NCBI GenBank assembly: GCA_963796105.1
Contig: CAWCKJ010000004.1
Span: forward strand, 1 to 64,000
Reading direction: 5' to 3'
Source of the DNA: a candidate division FCPU426 bacterium
GTDB taxonomy: Bacteria > Oederibacteriota > Muellerivitia > Muellerivitales > Muellerivitaceae
DNA: 64,000 bases
In this document: positions 1 through 9,777 of the stretch, one piece after another
How the letters are laid out: the number at the start of each line of letters is the position of its first letter
Position numbering within the stretch: position 1 is the stretch's first letter
The notes under the pieces: model-generated
The model's input: the letters and a program-made list of their open reading frames with translations, nothing else
Told to the model about the DNA's origin: nothing
The model's database searches: none
Made by a program: the position numbers and the translations under genes

Positions 1-79
1 GAAACAGGTGGCCGCTTTGCTCCGGAATGGGTGGCCGGATTGGTCCGAAACGGGTGGCCGCTTTGCTCCGAAATACGCA
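1..79. mobile_element. Terminus of an IS21-family element inserted into an IS1380 copy (rest lies outside the window)
   Basis: Reads TGCGTATTTCGGAGCAAAGCGGCCACC... on the minus strand, with three tandem GGTGGCCG..TCCG.AA sub-terminal repeats and a TG/CA end, as in IS21/IS408-type ends. IS1380 sequence (aacaagcggcatg) resumes at 80. Confidence 0.75.
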
Positions 80-830
80 AACAAGCGGCATGACCCGCCT
101 TTCACGAAAAAGGGTTGGTACCGCCATGGAGAACACGAATACAACGAATGTGTCCATCAACCCATAGGCTGGCAACAACCAGTCCGGTTTGTGGCGATGA
201 GGACGCTGGATGAAAAAGCGCGGGAGAAACAATTGAGCCTTCCTGAAATGGAAGGATATGTCTACCGAATCTTCGCGACCAACTGTCTGGGAGCACCCCA
301 TCGGGTGGTTGAGGAATACGACCTGCGCGCGGATGTGGAAAACCTGATTGGTGAGGCGCAACGGGAGGGGTTATTAGCAATTCCCTCTAAGAGTTTCCAA
401 AGCCACCATGCTTTTTTCCAGATCGTGATGCTGGCTTACAACCTCTGGAGGTGGATGAAACTAATGGTGGGCCATTGTGGAAAAGAAAAGCGACCGGGAA
501 AGAAGCCACAGGAGAAGGAACAGATCACCATGCCGGACCATACCCTTCGGATCGCACGTTTGAAGATGCTCTTTGTAGCCGCCCGAATCCAGTATCACGG
601 CCATCGGGATGTGGTGAGGTATTCAATCCATGATGATAGGACAGCGGGCCTATTGGGTTTCCTCAAATACCTTGATCGAAAACGATTGGAAAGACCCAGG
701 GCGGCCTAGAAGTGGCTTGGTGCAAAAAATTCTTTGCACATAAGTTCACTTCTGATGAAAATGGCCACTGTCGGGTCCCGATTCAGGCCGATCTGGCCAC
801 GGAATCGGTAAACTCGGTGCAAAATTCAGG
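80..830 (+). mobile_element. IS1380-family element, 3' part (copy 1, interrupted)
   Basis: Matches the 3' half of the complete copies; ends with IR GGTGCAAAATTCAGG at 830; transposase stop at 709. Confidence 0.92.
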
Positions 831-983
831 TTATAGAAAGTTCTACGTATTTTATTAAAAAATCTGACAATTTCTCAATTTTTAACATTTTATAAACTTA
901 AGAAAAAGGGGATGGGGTGCAGGGGAGGGATCACCCTTCCCTGCCGGACACAAAAAGACCCCTTAAAAATGGGGCCAATTTGT

Positions 984-1460
984 TTAGGCTAAAAGCCCTG
1001 CTTGGCGGAAGGAAAAATGCCCTTCATGGGTCACGATTAAATGGTCATGGACCGTGATTCCCAAGGCCCTGGCGGCGGTGCAAACTTGGCGGGTCAATTG
1101 CTGGTCGCCTTCAGAAGGTTCAAGGCTTCCTGCGGGGTGGTTATGGCTGAAAATTATTCCCGTTGCGTTCAATTCTAGGGCTTTTTTGAGGACTTCCCTT
1201 GGATAGACGGCGGTGTGGTCCACGGTTCCTTCTTGGTTCAAAACCACATCTAACACATGGTTCCGGTGGTCAACGTACATGGTCAAGAATGCCTCGTTAC
1301 TCTTCCCCCCAATGTATTGCTTGAAATAAGCCACAACATCCTCCGGGCCAGCAACAACCGGCCCCCTTTTATAATCCTCCCAACTAACCGGGGGAACCGT
1401 GGGGGGAATTTTGAACATCACATCCAGCGTCATTTCCATCTGCTTCGGGGCTTTCTTCAT
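984..1460 (-). CDS. radC: RadC-like JAB/MPN domain protein
   Basis: Motifs VYPREVLKKAL, HNHPAG, SEGD, HDHLIV. ATG at 1460 follows an AAGGAG RBS. Confidence 0.9.
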   Translation of the reverse strand: MKKAPKQMEMTLDVMFKIPPTVPPVSWEDYKRGPVVAGPEDVVAYFKQYIGGKSNEAFLTMYVDHRNHVLDVVLNQEGTVDHTAVYPREVLKKALELNATGIIFSHNHPAGSLEPSEGDQQLTRQVCTAARALGITVHDHLIVTHEGHFSFRQAGLLA

Positions 1461-1488
1461 TTCGACTTCTCCTTCGTTTTGTTGATTC

Positions 1489-1909
1489 TCGGGAACAGCC
1501 CTCCGGGGGCCGCCCTTCACAAATAGGCCGAGGAACGAGGCCGGTGAGGGCGGACACCGAGGGCAAAGGGGTTTATGGACAAACGGAGGGCGCAAGCCCG
1601 GAGTGCCGGCCAGCAGTTCTTTTTCGTGAAGGAAAAGTTTGCGCGAGAGGGCTAGGCGTAGCCGACGCCCGTCAGCGAAACCCTGGGGGGAGGTGGGGAG
1701 TGTCTTGCTCGACGGCCAGGAGAGCTTCCCCACCGGAAGGAAGGGCGGCTTTAGCCGCTTTGACTCACGGGAAAGTTCCCTGGAATGGTCATCGTTGGGG
1801 TTGCCAGGGGGTTCTCCCCTTGGCTAGGGATGGGAAATGGGAAGGGGCTTTTCATCCCTTCCCCTGGGGGGTCCGGGGGACGGCTCGAACGAGCCCGCCG
1901 CCCGAGCTA
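1489..1909. repeat. ~420-bp structured non-coding leader, copy 1 (copy 2 at 44811-45229)
   Basis: Near-identical to 44811-45229 except a central ~70-bp segment; many hairpins; directly upstream of radC. Confidence 0.9.
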
Positions 1910-1978
1910 CGGTCGGGAGTCTTTTCAAACCCCCGAGAATAGAAATGGCGGAAAACCGCGGAAAAAAACCTGATATAA

Positions 1979-2010
1979 GAAAAGCCTCCGTCGCAAGACG
2001 GGGGCTTTTT
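1979..2010. terminator. Intrinsic terminator-like hairpin
   Basis: AAAAGCCTCCGTC-GCAA-GACGGGGGCTTTTT. Confidence 0.6.
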
Positions 2011-2560
2011 ACTTAAAAGCGGGGAGAAAATTCCTAAATTTGTTCATAGAAAAAGCCCACACGCCCAAAGGGCTGTGTTGTTTACTTTGGGAAGAAGGAA
2101 AAAGCTAAAGGGCTAGGTGTGAAACACCAGCCCCCCTCAAGCGAGTCCCAAAGGGACGAGAAATCAATGCGAGGCCAAAGGCCAAGCGAGGGTGCCAGGG
2201 CACCCCGAAAATGAAAATAAATGTTGTTATGATCCAAGAGGGAGGTATTTACACCCCTGAAAAAAATAAAAAGGCCGAATTTTTGCCTAATGTAGCAAAG
2301 TGTTTATGCTGGAAAGGGTGTTTGTTATGGAGAATCATTTTAACTTCTACTTTATGGGGAACCTTCCCTATTGGTTTTTGCTCGTAACTATAATCATTCT
2401 GAAAATGAAGTAAGCGAGGGTCGGCGAAAGCCGGGCCGAGAAAAAGGGCCGGTGTCATGCCAGCGGGGTTAGCTGGCGTGACATTTGCTCCCAAAAGCAA
2501 AAGGCCCCCCGCCTTTCGGCCGGGGGGCCTGAAACCTCCGGTACACCGGGAGGACCGCTA

Positions 2561-2875
2561 TTACTTCTTATAGGCGTGGGGCCTTAATTCCTCATCCGAT
2601 ACCCACTGCCCCGTTTTTTTGGCGTGTTCAACGGCCCGGTCAATTTTTGCGGCTGTCTTAGCGTCGGGTTTGGTGAGCCTCAAACCCATGTGTTCCACTA
2701 CCACCTTTGTGATTTTATCGGCTAAGACCTGGGCTTTTCCGCCCTTCTCCCGGGCAATCTTCTCCCTTAAAGCCTCCTCAATAAACCGATTCAAATTAGT
2801 GTGCCTTTTCTTGGCCAAGCCCACAAGCTCGTCAACTTTGAACATTTTGGGCCTGTAAGTGTATGTGGTTGACAT
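2561..2875 (-). CDS. Putative ribbon-helix-helix antitoxin
   Basis: N-terminal beta strand plus helices (LAKKRHTNLNRFIEEALREKI); 2 bp downstream of a RelE-like gene. Confidence 0.55.
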   Translation of the reverse strand: MSTTYTYRPKMFKVDELVGLAKKRHTNLNRFIEEALREKIAREKGGKAQVLADKITKVVVEHMGLRLTKPDAKTAAKIDRAVEHAKKTGQWVSDEELRPHAYKK

Positions 2876-2877
2876 GG

Positions 2878-3159
2878 TTACTTCCCCCTCTTCGTTCGCA
2901 ATTCAAAACGGTAAATCCAAACCGCTTTTTCCGTTTCCTCATACTTCCCCGTCAAAACAACAAACTGGTCGTTCTCGGTCTGGAACCGAATAACCCCATC
3001 CTTCTCCCTCAAGTCAAACCACTTCTTCGGGGGCCAATCGGCCAAGGCTTCAAGCCTTTGTTCAATCAACGCCCGGAGGTCCGAGTTCTCATCTTTAATC
3101 AACTTGTAGTTCTTGGCGGCTTCAACCGTCCATCTGATCTTAATCATTTGATGCCTCAA
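2878..3159 (-). CDS. Putative RelE/ParE-fold toxin
   Basis: 93 aa; IKIRWTVEAAKNYKLI...IEQRLEALADWP...VWIYRF follows the RelE/ParE pattern. Confidence 0.55.
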   Translation of the reverse strand: MRHQMIKIRWTVEAAKNYKLIKDENSDLRALIEQRLEALADWPPKKWFDLREKDGVIRFQTENDQFVVLTGKYEETEKAVWIYRFELRTKRGK

Positions 3160-3385
3160 GTGTAATCTTTTTGTGTTCTTTTTTCAAGATTCACGCTTAA
3201 AAAGCCCTTCGATATAAAGGGCCTTTTTTTGAACGATTTTTATCGTCCCTTGTGATTGTCCCCCCTGCCCCAAAACCACCCCTTCGGGAATTTCTCTTTC
3301 ACCCGCCAAAACAACTTCCTCCACCTTCCAACCCTTCATCCTGACGGCTTTCCCCCTGGCTTCAACCCGGTCGCTTGCCAAAGTG

Positions 3386-3422
3386 GTTGCACACCATCCT
3401 TTTTGGGAGGGCCATGTGCAGG
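3386..3422. repeat. 37-bp direct repeat, copy 1
   Basis: GTTGCACACCATCCTTTTTGGGAGGGCCATGTGCAGG, identical at 7348-7384. Confidence 0.95.
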
Positions 3423-3486
3423 AAACCGATACACCGCCAAAAACCCAAAACTGACACTTGGGGGAAGCAATGAACGTCTAGAATGC

Positions 3487-5646
3487 ATGCCCCCCAGCCC
3501 CGTCCCGAACCCTGCTACTCCGCAAAACGCCGAACCCTCAGGCCCTTCCCGCACCCTGGAATGGGCCCTCCTTGGCGCCCTTCTTTTGCTGGGGGCCCTC
3601 CTGCGCCTCTTTCGGATCGACCAAAACGGCACGGGCAACCCTTATTACGCCGCCGCCGTCCGTAGCATGCTGGAGAATTGGCATAATTTCTTCTTCGTTT
3701 CCTTTGATCCCGCGGGTTTCGTCACCGTGGATAAGCCGCCCCTTTCCCTTTGGATACAAACAGCCTTCGCGAAGCTCTTGGGCTACCGGGGTTTCAGCCT
3801 GATTCTTCCTCAAGTCCTGGAAGGCCTGGGCGCGGTCGTTTTGGTGTATCACCTGGTCCGTCTCCGATTCGGCCCCTGGGCCGCCCTGGCCTCGGCCCTG
3901 GTCCTGGCCCTCTCCCCTATCAGTGTGGCGGTGGACCGTTACAACAATACCGATGCCTGCCTGGTCGCTGTCTTGCTCCTGGCGGCCTGGGCCCTGCTCT
4001 TCGCGGCGAGGACTGGAAGCCGCCTCTACCTCTACCTTGCCCTCATCCTGGTGGGCGTGGGCTTCAACACCAAGATGATGGCGGCCTTCGTGGCCCTGCC
4101 GGCCTTTTGCCTGACCTACCTGGCCGGGGCTCCCTTTCACTGGTTCAAGCGCCTCTGGACCCTTTTGATCGGCACCCTAATTCTCTTGTTGGTGGCCCTT
4201 TCCTGGCCAATGACGGTGGACCTGACGCCCCCGGAACAGCGGCCCTATGTGGGAAGCACCCAGGATAATTCCATGGTCAGCCTTTCCTTGGGTTGGAACG
4301 GCTTCCAACGCCTGATGGCCCGGGGCCGCAGGGGCTTTCCCAACCGCCCCGGCTTTCCCCGCAACCCGGCGGCCAACGCCGCCCCCGACTCAACTTCGCG
4401 ACCCGGTCCTGCCCAAGAAGCTCAGGGGCCGGCGTCTGCGGGCCCAATGGCGGGTCCGGCCTCCTCCGGGGCTGGCCCCGCCACACAGGGTCAAGGGCGC
4501 CGCAGGGGCGGCGGTTTCATGGATAACGGCACCCCGGGCCCCTTTAGGCTGGCGGATAAAAACCTGGCGGGCCAGGTGGGATGGTTTCTCCCCATGGCCT
4601 TGCTGGGTTGCTGGGCCGCCGCCAGGCGCAGCCCCCGGGCCTGGCCCCTTTCGCCCGAACATCAAACCCTGCTCTTTTGGCTGGTCTGGTTCTTTACCTA
4701 CGCCGCCGTGTTCAGCTTTATGAAAGGGGCCATGCACCCCTATTACCTGGTTCTTTTGGTGCCCGCGATAGCCTCGCTCACGGGCATCGGGTTTCGGGCC
4801 CTGTGGCTGGACTTCGAGGAGGGCAAGCGGCTTTTTCTACCCCTGGGCCTTCTGCTGACCGCCGCCTGGCAAACCTTCATCGTCAACCAATACCCGGACT
4901 GGCGCGCCCAGTTGTTGCCCATCCTTCTTTTGGGCGTGGCCTTATCCGGTACGGGGCTTTTCATCCTGGGTCTCCGGGCCCCGGCGAGCCCCTGGCTAAA
5001 AAGCCTCGGGGGGCTGGGGTTTTGCGCCTTGCTGCTCTGTCCCGCCTTTTGGTGCCTGACGCCCATCCTGGGTTCGGGCCAATCGGTGGAAGCAAACCCG
5101 GATTTGGTTGGAAGGACCGGCGGAGGAATGTTCCAGGGCCTTGGGCAAAACCTGAACCTCACCAAACCCCTGGCCTTCCTTAGGGCCCACCGGCAGGGCG
5201 AGTCCTACCTGGTCGTAGCGCAGAACAGCCAGTTGGTGGCGCCCCTCATCATCCAAAGCGGCGAGCCCGCGGTGGCCATCGGCGGCTTTATGGGAGCGGA
5301 CCCCATCCTCACCGCCAACGAATTCGCCCAGCTGGTCCAGGAGGGACGGTTCCGCTATATGCTCCTGAATGCCCCCAACCCAAACCCCGCGCGGGCCGGT
5401 GCCGGAAACGGGCGCGGTTTGGGCGGCGGTTTCGGGCGCGGGGGCTACCAGGCCGACATCGCTAAATGGGTGAGGGAACACGGGAAACCAGTGGACTCGG
5501 CCCTTTGGAAACCCGACCTGCCCCCGGCCCTGGCCGCGCCCCAAACCCAGGCGGGGGCCTTCGGGGGCCGCCGGGGGGGCCTGGCCAACCTGCAGCTTTA
5601 CGACCTGCGCCCGGACTTGGAAATAAAAACGGCCTCTGCCCATTAG
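3487..5646 (+). CDS. Membrane glycosyltransferase, ArnT/PMT (GT-C) family, YkcB/YycA-like
   Basis: NPYYAAAVRSMLENWHNFFF, VTVDKPPL, many TM helices, Gly-rich loops, C-terminal LYDL. Start codon uncertain. Confidence 0.85.
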   Translation: MPPSPVPNPATPQNAEPSGPSRTLEWALLGALLLLGALLRLFRIDQNGTGNPYYAAAVRSMLENWHNFFFVSFDPAGFVTVDKPPLSLWIQTAFAKLLGYRGFSLILPQVLEGLGAVVLVYHLVRLRFGPWAALASALVLALSPISVAVDRYNNTDACLVAVLLLAAWALLFAARTGSRLYLYLALILVGVGFNTKMMAAFVALPAFCLTYLAGAPFHWFKRLWTLLIGTLILLLVALSWPMTVDLTPPEQRPYVGSTQDNSMVSLSLGWNGFQRLMARGRRGFPNRPGFPRNPAANAAPDSTSRPGPAQEAQGPASAGPMAGPASSGAGPATQGQGRRRGGGFMDNGTPGPFRLADKNLAGQVGWFLPMALLGCWAAARRSPRAWPLSPEHQTLLFWLVWFFTYAAVFSFMKGAMHPYYLVLLVPAIASLTGIGFRALWLDFEEGKRLFLPLGLLLTAAWQTFIVNQYPDWRAQLLPILLLGVALSGTGLFILGLRAPASPWLKSLGGLGFCALLLCPAFWCLTPILGSGQSVEANPDLVGRTGGGMFQGLGQNLNLTKPLAFLRAHRQGESYLVVAQNSQLVAPLIIQSGEPAVAIGGFMGADPILTANEFAQLVQEGRFRYMLLNAPNPNPARAGAGNGRGLGGGFGRGGYQADIAKWVREHGKPVDSALWKPDLPPALAAPQTQAGAFGGRRGGLANLQLYDLRPDLEIKTASAH

Positions 5647-5651
5647 GACCG

Positions 5652-7019
5652 ATGATGACCCCCGAAGATTCATTATCAAAGGTCACGATTGTTTTCGAGG
5701 CCGGGGAAAACCTGGACTTCCTGGCTTCGAAAATCGCCCAGGCTTTCTACGACAACAAGCCCGCGCCTTCGAAAATACTGGTGGCTTGCCCACCCTTGCT
5801 AAAGGCCCAAACGCTGTCCAAGCTCTCCATCATCCTCAACCGGGTGCGGGTTTTAGAGGTCAATAGCCTCGCCCAAGACCTTCCGGCGAACATTCACACG
5901 CCTTTCCTTGCCTATTTGCCGGCCAACGCCCCTTATTGCCCTCCGCCTATGGAGGGCTTGGAAAAACCGGGTCTTCCTGCCTGCTTCATCCAGCCCTGGG
6001 TGCCGCCCGTTTCCCTGCCGGACACTGAATGGGCCCGGCTGGTCTACATGGCCTTTGGCTGGATTTCTACGCCTGCCCTTCTACGACAGCCTTTCGCCGG
6101 TCCAAGAAGCCTCACCTTGCGCGATCTGGAAAACATCATCCCCCAAACCGAGCCCGCCCTTTCTTACCTGGCGGCGCCGGCGGGCTCTTCCTCTTCCCCC
6201 CTGACAACCGCCGAAAACCCGGCGAGGCTGGCGGCCCAATCCAGGGTCCTGGCCCTAGTGCCCCACTTCGACTGCCTGGATTGGCTGGGCCAATGCCTGG
6301 ATTCCCTCACGCGGCAAACCCGCCCGCCGGATGCCATCGCCGTCTTGGACGACGCCTCGCCCGTCTCCCCCCTGGGGATCGTGAGGCAATTCCCCCAGGT
6401 CACCTTGCTCAAATCCCCTGAAAATGTCGGCCCCTACCGGATGATCCAATCGGTGATTGACCGGGCCGGTTTTGACGCCTACTTGTTCCAGGACGCGGAC
6501 GACTGGTCCAGCCTGGATCGCCTGGAGAAGCTTTTGGGGGAAGCCGAAAGGACCGGGGCCGAATGGATCGGCACCCAGGAGCTGACCTATTTCCAGGATT
6601 CCATCCAAGCCCTGCGCTATCCCCTGGACCTCAACGCCGCACCCCGGGAAGGATTGCGCTTCCCTTTTTGCTATGCCAGCAGCCTTATCTCAGGGGACTT
6701 CCTGAAACGCCTGGGTGGTTTCGCGACCGGCCTTCGCTTTAGCGGGGACTTTGAGCTTTTAGGCCGGGCGCTCTTAAACGGGAAAGTCGCCAACCTCGAC
6801 CAATACGCCTATTTCAGGAGGATCCGCCCGAACTCCCTCACTTCCTCCGCGGCGACCGGCATGGGCAGCCCGGCGCGCAAGGAAGTGGATTCCCAAATTG
6901 AGGCGAGGAACGAGGAGAATCTTTCCAGGCTTTCCAAGGGCTTGCCACCGCGGCTTTCGCCCCTTCAAACCACAGAACCCATGACTTTCGATCATCTGGC
7001 GGGACCGCCATTAGGATAA
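5652..7019 (+). CDS. Glycosyltransferase family 2 protein
   Basis: CLDSLTRQT, LDDAS, QDADD (DxD) motifs in the C-terminal half. Confidence 0.8.
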   Translation: MMTPEDSLSKVTIVFEAGENLDFLASKIAQAFYDNKPAPSKILVACPPLLKAQTLSKLSIILNRVRVLEVNSLAQDLPANIHTPFLAYLPANAPYCPPPMEGLEKPGLPACFIQPWVPPVSLPDTEWARLVYMAFGWISTPALLRQPFAGPRSLTLRDLENIIPQTEPALSYLAAPAGSSSSPLTTAENPARLAAQSRVLALVPHFDCLDWLGQCLDSLTRQTRPPDAIAVLDDASPVSPLGIVRQFPQVTLLKSPENVGPYRMIQSVIDRAGFDAYLFQDADDWSSLDRLEKLLGEAERTGAEWIGTQELTYFQDSIQALRYPLDLNAAPREGLRFPFCYASSLISGDFLKRLGGFATGLRFSGDFELLGRALLNGKVANLDQYAYFRRIRPNSLTSSAATGMGSPARKEVDSQIEARNEENLSRLSKGLPPRLSPLQTTEPMTFDHLAGPPLG

Positions 7020-7066
7020 ACCTTAGTGCCCATGGTGAAGTCTTGGGCATACCACTCACCCGATAT

Positions 7067-7109
7067 AAAAACGAAGCCAATGTAATCAGGTCACATTGGC
7101 TTCGTTTGA
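7067..7109. terminator. Terminator hairpin between GT2 and the tRNA-Leu 3' end
   Basis: AAACGAAGCCAATGT-loop-ACATTGGCTTCGTTT. Confidence 0.7.
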
Positions 7110-7115
7110 CGTGAG

Positions 7116-7176
7116 TGGTGCCCGAGGTCGGACTTGAACCGACATGACCGTGAGGTCGATAGATTTTGAGCCTACC
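7116..7176 (-). pseudogene. 3' fragment of tRNA-Leu(CAA), probable att-site remnant
   Basis: Minus strand GTAGG-CTCAAAA-TCTAT, long variable arm, GGTTCAAGTCC T-loop, CTCGGGC-ACCA end. No 5' acceptor strand GCCCGAG upstream. Confidence 0.85.
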
Positions 7177-7347
7177 CGGTCTATCAACTTTTCCATTCCA
7201 AAAACGGAATGGTCTCTAAAAAAAATCTGGAAAAAATCCTTATTTTTCTGCTTTTTTCTCAACCCTTTTAAAAACTTCCAACTTACCAACCCCCGGCCTA
7301 GAGATCCAAAATTTCACCAGGAGTCTTATAGGAGTCTCAAGAATTCC

Positions 7348-7384
7348 GTTGCACACCATCCTTTTTGGGAGGGCCATGTGCAGG
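7348..7384. repeat. 37-bp direct repeat, copy 2
   Basis: Identical to 3386-3422. Confidence 0.95.
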
Positions 7385-8954
7385 TTTATCATTGTTCACG
7401 TGCGGACGGCCACACGCTGATTTCCATTTCAACCCGTTAGCGATTCCGAAAGGCACGGACAAGGAAACGTGGATAAACTTTGTGGCGGAAGCCATGAGCA
7501 GTGTATATTTTCTGCGCGAAGGCGCGATTTCGTTTATCCGTATGGGCTTGATGGAAGTGTATGCGAAACACAAATATCCACAACTTATCCACCTCAAAGA
7601 TTGGGTTGAACAGCAAGCGTCAAAAGGAAGGGCAGGGGATTGGCAAGCATCAACCAAAAGGACCCTAGACGCGCTTTGTTTCGGAAGAATAAACGACGTT
7701 CTCAATTCAGATGATTCAATTGATTTGGAAACGCTCTTGGATAAGCGCGTTATCTTGGAAATGGATAATTTCAACGATGACGATAGGACGTTCATAATCC
7801 AATGCTTGTTCCGGTGGCTATATCAGTACGCACTTGAAAATTTCGAACGTGATGCAACGGCAAAGTACATCCTTCTCGTGGATGAAGCTCACCATTTATT
7901 CCTGAAAAAAGCGTCTGACATGACGGGCAAGGAAACGTTCAGCGACAGCCTAATCCGTAAAGTCAGGGAAATGGGTATAGGCCTCATTCTTGGGGATCAG
8001 CACCCCTCACTTCTCAGCCTGCCGGCACTGGGCAATACGTTCACGACTATCGCACTAAATCTTAAGACCCAGGCTGATGTCAACGCGATTGGTGGGGCAA
8101 TGCTCCTTGATACTGAGCAAAAGAAGTTTTTAGGCATGCTTCCACGTGGTAATGCCATTGTGAAAATCCAAGACAGGTTCGTAAGTCCGTTCCTCATCCA
8201 AATCCCTAAAGTCACGCTCCCGCAAGAACCTATGACGGATGAGATGGTCGCGGCGCACATGAAACCCTTCTTTATGTCGCGTTCCAATGCTTCCCAGCCC
8301 CGGCGTGGCAAAAACAACGCGTTCCAGGGTTTTGATACTAAAGATGCCGGAACGCCTTCAGGAAGTCCGGAACCCGGCTGGAACGACAAAACAGACCATG
8401 ATTTTCTAGTAAGTGTTTTAGAGCATCCATTTATGAGCACGAAAACCAGATACAGGTACATTGGTGTAAGTGGTCGGGAAGGAAGCGACACAAAAGAAAG
8501 ATTGGTAAAAAAAGGGTTTATTGAACCCGTCACGGTAAACATTCACCAAAATTCCATCATGCTTTTTGAGCTTACCGACAAGGGGATTGCCTACCTTTCA
8601 AAAAAAGGGTTACTGGTAAAACTTCCTGCGCATGAAGGTGGCATCGAGCACCGCTTCGGCGCGTGGTGCGTAAAGAAGTATTACGAGAAACAGGGCTATT
8701 CCGTTTTGACTGAAGTGAAAACTCCGCAGGGCAAATCCATTGACGTTGTTGCAAAAAAAGGAAATCAAGAAACAGCTGTCCTGGTCGAGACGGGAAAATC
8801 AGACATTGAATCCAATATCAAAGCCGCGCAAGACGCCGGGTATTCTGACATTCGTATCATCGCAACAAACAAAGACGTTCTGAAAAAGAAATTTGCAGTT
8901 CCTGTTACATTCCTTCCTGATCTCCAAAGAGGCGTAGACGGAGAAACAAAATGA
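7385..8954 (+). pseudogene. N-terminally truncated HerA/FtsK/VirB4-like ATPase with C-terminal wHTH and PD-(D/E)xK-like domains
   Basis: FNPL, Walker B ILLVDEAHH and REMGIGLILGDQHP are present; no Walker A. C-terminus IDVVA...VLVET. The frame begins at the 37-bp repeat. Confidence 0.65.
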
Positions 8955-9319
8955 ACGTTGACGAGCGCGAAATAACCCTCAAAGTTTCACAAATAGAAGA
9001 AATTCGACGTAGTGATACGCAAGGACTCGATGCAATCATCAATACGTTGAAAGAACAGGCTGGCTACAGCGGTTTTACTAATTTCGAGACATACAAGACG
9101 TACCTTTTCTTGAAAAATAATTTGAAAGTAACGAACAAGAAAATGCTCGATACTTCCCCTTACGGCGAAAACATCGGGTTCCTCGCGGATTATCTTTCCG
9201 ACAGTTTCAAGAGAAATTTCTCCAACTTTAGGAACCGCGATTTTTACTCCCAAACGTTGCTTGAAAACGACATCGCAAAAGTGAACTGGAAGGAGATTGC
9301 CGCATGGCTGGTTGAGTAA
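8951..9319 (+). CDS. Hypothetical protein, paralogue 1 (GFTNFET...VNWKEIA)
   Basis: Coupled to the upstream ORF (ATGA overlap); shares motifs with the next two ORFs. Confidence 0.75.
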   Translation: MNVDEREITLKVSQIEEIRRSDTQGLDAIINTLKEQAGYSGFTNFETYKTYLFLKNNLKVTNKKMLDTSPYGENIGFLADYLSDSFKRNFSNFRNRDFYSQTLLENDIAKVNWKEIAAWLVE

Positions 9320-9338
9320 GAGATATGGACGGAGTGAC

Positions 9339-9752
9339 ATGGACAGCGGATTAAAACAAGTAACCATGACGGTAAGCGAACTGGAAGAGCTCTGCTCGTT
9401 AAAGGGACAATGCCGGCAGGAGATATTGGAATACTACAAGCGGAACGCCGGTCATAAAGAATTCACCAACTACGAAACCTGGCACACACATTGGTGCATT
9501 GCAAAAGACGAAAACCTGCACCGGGACTTTAGAAGGTACGCAACGCATCTCCTTGAAAAATACAACAGGACGCACCTGAAACCGTATCGAAAAGCCAGTA
9601 TCAGCCTCACGAACCAGCTCAAGACGTATTTCATTCAGCAGACGGAACAGTATGGAGACATGGATTTGAACGCGAAGGCTCTTTTGAGCAGCGCGTATTC
9701 TGCCGTGAATTGGGAGGAGATAGCTGACGTGTTGCTAAAAAATCATGCGTAA
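9339..9752 (+). CDS. Hypothetical protein, paralogue 2 (EFTNYETW...VNWEEIA)
   Basis: GGAG RBS; shared motifs. Confidence 0.75.
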   Translation: MDSGLKQVTMTVSELEELCSLKGQCRQEILEYYKRNAGHKEFTNYETWHTHWCIAKDENLHRDFRRYATHLLEKYNRTHLKPYRKASISLTNQLKTYFIQQTEQYGDMDLNAKALLSSAYSAVNWEEIADVLLKNHA

Positions 9753-9777
9753 GGGGTTAGACGGAGAACGATGATGC

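Noticed and set aside
768..785. GGGTCCC in the IS1380 ends and at about 45554 as additional cassette sites
   Set aside because: They lack the GTCCAC/GTGGAC arms.
984..1733. Long N-terminal extension of RadC (and ORF 44780-45022)
   Set aside because: Read-through into the repeated non-coding leader; a good RBS supports the ATG at 1460.
3336..5679. Many overlapping antisense/alternative-frame ORFs in GC-rich genes
   Set aside because: Shadow ORFs of high-GC coding sequence with no recognisable motifs.
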